From contig OY968769.1 in the NCBI GenBank assembly GCA_963695345.1, positions 128,001 to 192,000 of the forward strand: 64,000 bases of DNA, read 5' to 3'. The first letter of the stretch is position 1, and each line of letters begins with the position of its first letter. Under the pieces are notes generated by a model. That model was not told where the DNA came from, searched no databases, and saw nothing but the letters and a program-made list of their open reading frames with translations. Position numbers and translations under genes: made by a program. Positions 62,582 to 64,000 of the stretch are shown one piece after another. This DNA comes from an uncultured Methanomassiliicoccales archaeon. GTDB taxonomy: Archaea > Thermoplasmatota > Thermoplasmata > Methanomassiliicoccales > UBA472.

Positions 62582-63310
62582 GTGCCGGAGGAAGGGTTCG
62601 TCGTCGAAGGATTGGTGAAACGTTTTGGCGACAACGTCGCCGTGGACGGAGTCTCGCTGAAGGTCGACCGGGGGGAGATATTCGGACTGCTCGGTCCGAA
62701 CGGCTCGGGCAAGACGACGCTCATCCATTGCCTGATGGGGATATATCGCTTCGAAGGGACGGTCTCGGTCCTCGGCCACCCGATACCGAGGGAGAAATTG
62801 GCGGCCCGGAGGCGGATCGGTTTCATGCCCCAGGAGATCGCCATATACAATGATCTAAGCCCCCTGGAGAACGCCTTGTTCTACGGGAGGATCTATGGCA
62901 TGGAGGATGAGGCGATTCGCAGGAAGTTCGATGAGCTATGCCGTCTTCTGCAGCTGGAAGATAAACGGGACCGGACGGTCAGGACGCTTTCAGGAGGGCA
63001 GAAACGGCGGGCATCGCTCGGAATCGCGCTGCTGACCGACCCGGACCTGATCGTTCTGGATGAACCGACGGTTGGTGTGGACCCTTTGCTCAGGCGTGAG
63101 TTCTGGCGGTATTTCGAAGGTCTGCGCTCGAAGGGCAAGACCCTCCTGATCACCACCCACATCACCGACGAGGCGCTTCGGGTCGGCCGGGTGGGGATGA
63201 TGCTTCAAGGCAAGCTCATCGCCACCGGGACGCCCAAGGACCTTATGGATTCGGCCCAGGTCGAAACACTGGAGGACCTTTTCATCAGATATGAGGGAGG
63301 AGTGAAATGA
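62582..63310 (+). CDS. ABC transporter ATP-binding protein
   Basis: GPNGSGKTT, LSGGQ, LDEPTVGVDP, TTH. Confidence 0.95.
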   Translation: MPEEGFVVEGLVKRFGDNVAVDGVSLKVDRGEIFGLLGPNGSGKTTLIHCLMGIYRFEGTVSVLGHPIPREKLAARRRIGFMPQEIAIYNDLSPLENALFYGRIYGMEDEAIRRKFDELCRLLQLEDKRDRTVRTLSGGQKRRASLGIALLTDPDLIVLDEPTVGVDPLLRREFWRYFEGLRSKGKTLLITTHITDEALRVGRVGMMLQGKLIATGTPKDLMDSAQVETLEDLFIRYEGGVK

Positions 63311-64000
63311 GGGCGCCGTTCGCGATCGCATTGCGGATCGTTCGCCAGCTGACCAGGGACCGGCGCACCATCGCCATGATATTGGTGGTGCCGATCATCA
63401 TCATTCTCCTGTTCGGCTATGCCCTTCAGGGAGAATCCCACAACAATCCGGTGATCATCGTTAACCTGGATAAGGTGACGGCCGGCAACGTCAGCATAGG
63501 CGACAGGATGGTGGAGCATCTGAGATCGGACGATCGCGTCGAGGTGCGGGAGGTCACCGATGACTTCGCCTACGCCATCCAGAAGGTGCATGACCGTACG
63601 GTGCGGGGGGCGATTCTGATACCGGAGAACACCAGCCATCCGCTCCTGCATCTGGGAACCCCTTCTGTCATCGTGGTGGCGATAGATGAGGCCGAGCCGT
63701 CGATATCGTCGAGCATCATCGCCGCCACGAACCAGGCCTTGCAGACATCCCTGAGCGAGAGCGGCGTCGTTGTGCCCATCGAGGTAAAGACCCAGCTCAC
63801 CTGGGGATTGGATACACCGAGGGGACTGGATATCTCCCTACCTCCGGTCATCGGGTTCGTCATCATGTTCCTGGTCCTGCTCTTGTCGTTGTTGCTCTTG
63901 GTTCGTGAGGACACCGAGGGGACGAAGGCGAGGTTCTTTGCCGCACCGGTCTCCAGATGGCAGATACTGGGCGGTTATGTACTTGGCATGACGTTCTTCG
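63307..64000 (+). CDS. ABC-2 type permease (partial)
   Basis: MRAPFAIALRIVRQLTRDRRTIAMILVVPIIIILLFGYAF..LVREDTEGT; ATGA overlap with the ATPase; open to the window edge. Confidence 0.88.
   Translation, partial: MRAPFAIALRIVRQLTRDRRTIAMILVVPIIIILLFGYALQGESHNNPVIIVNLDKVTAGNVSIGDRMVEHLRSDDRVEVREVTDDFAYAIQKVHDRTVRGAILIPENTSHPLLHLGTPSVIVVAIDEAEPSISSSIIAATNQALQTSLSESGVVVPIEVKTQLTWGLDTPRGLDISLPPVIGFVIMFLVLLLSLLLLVREDTEGTKARFFAAPVSRWQILGGYVLGMTFF

Overview
Archaeal chromosome segment, most consistent with a Methanomassiliicoccales (Thermoplasmata) methanogen. Markers are TBP, psmB next to aCPSF1/FttA, TYW1, RFC large subunit, thermosome, a corrinoid protein plus MtaA-like methyltransferase, an HdrD-like CCG protein and a DUF6015-like gene; the taxonomy is inferred from gene content. 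Bases 1-26 kb are mostly accessory signalling and stress genes: several PAS kinases, a CheB-CheR fusion, an orphan KaiB, Hsp20 and TerB. Bases 26-47 kb hold a type IV pilus/Tad-like locus, surface proteins and core genes. No tRNA, rRNA, CRISPR array or transposase was recognised. Many accessory genes are split by single indels, which may be long-read assembly errors. The most intriguing locus is at 52.5-55 kb: two tandem, compact (~280 aa) serine recombinases of the integrase type that lack the zinc-ribbon/coiled-coil region. They are divergent from a single-OB-fold SSB gene across an AT-rich spacer carrying repeated TGTCnGACA-type palindromes, with no other mobile-element genes nearby. Also notable is a 14-bp motif shared by the Hsp20 and thermosome promoters. 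All family assignments come from motif recognition, not database searches.
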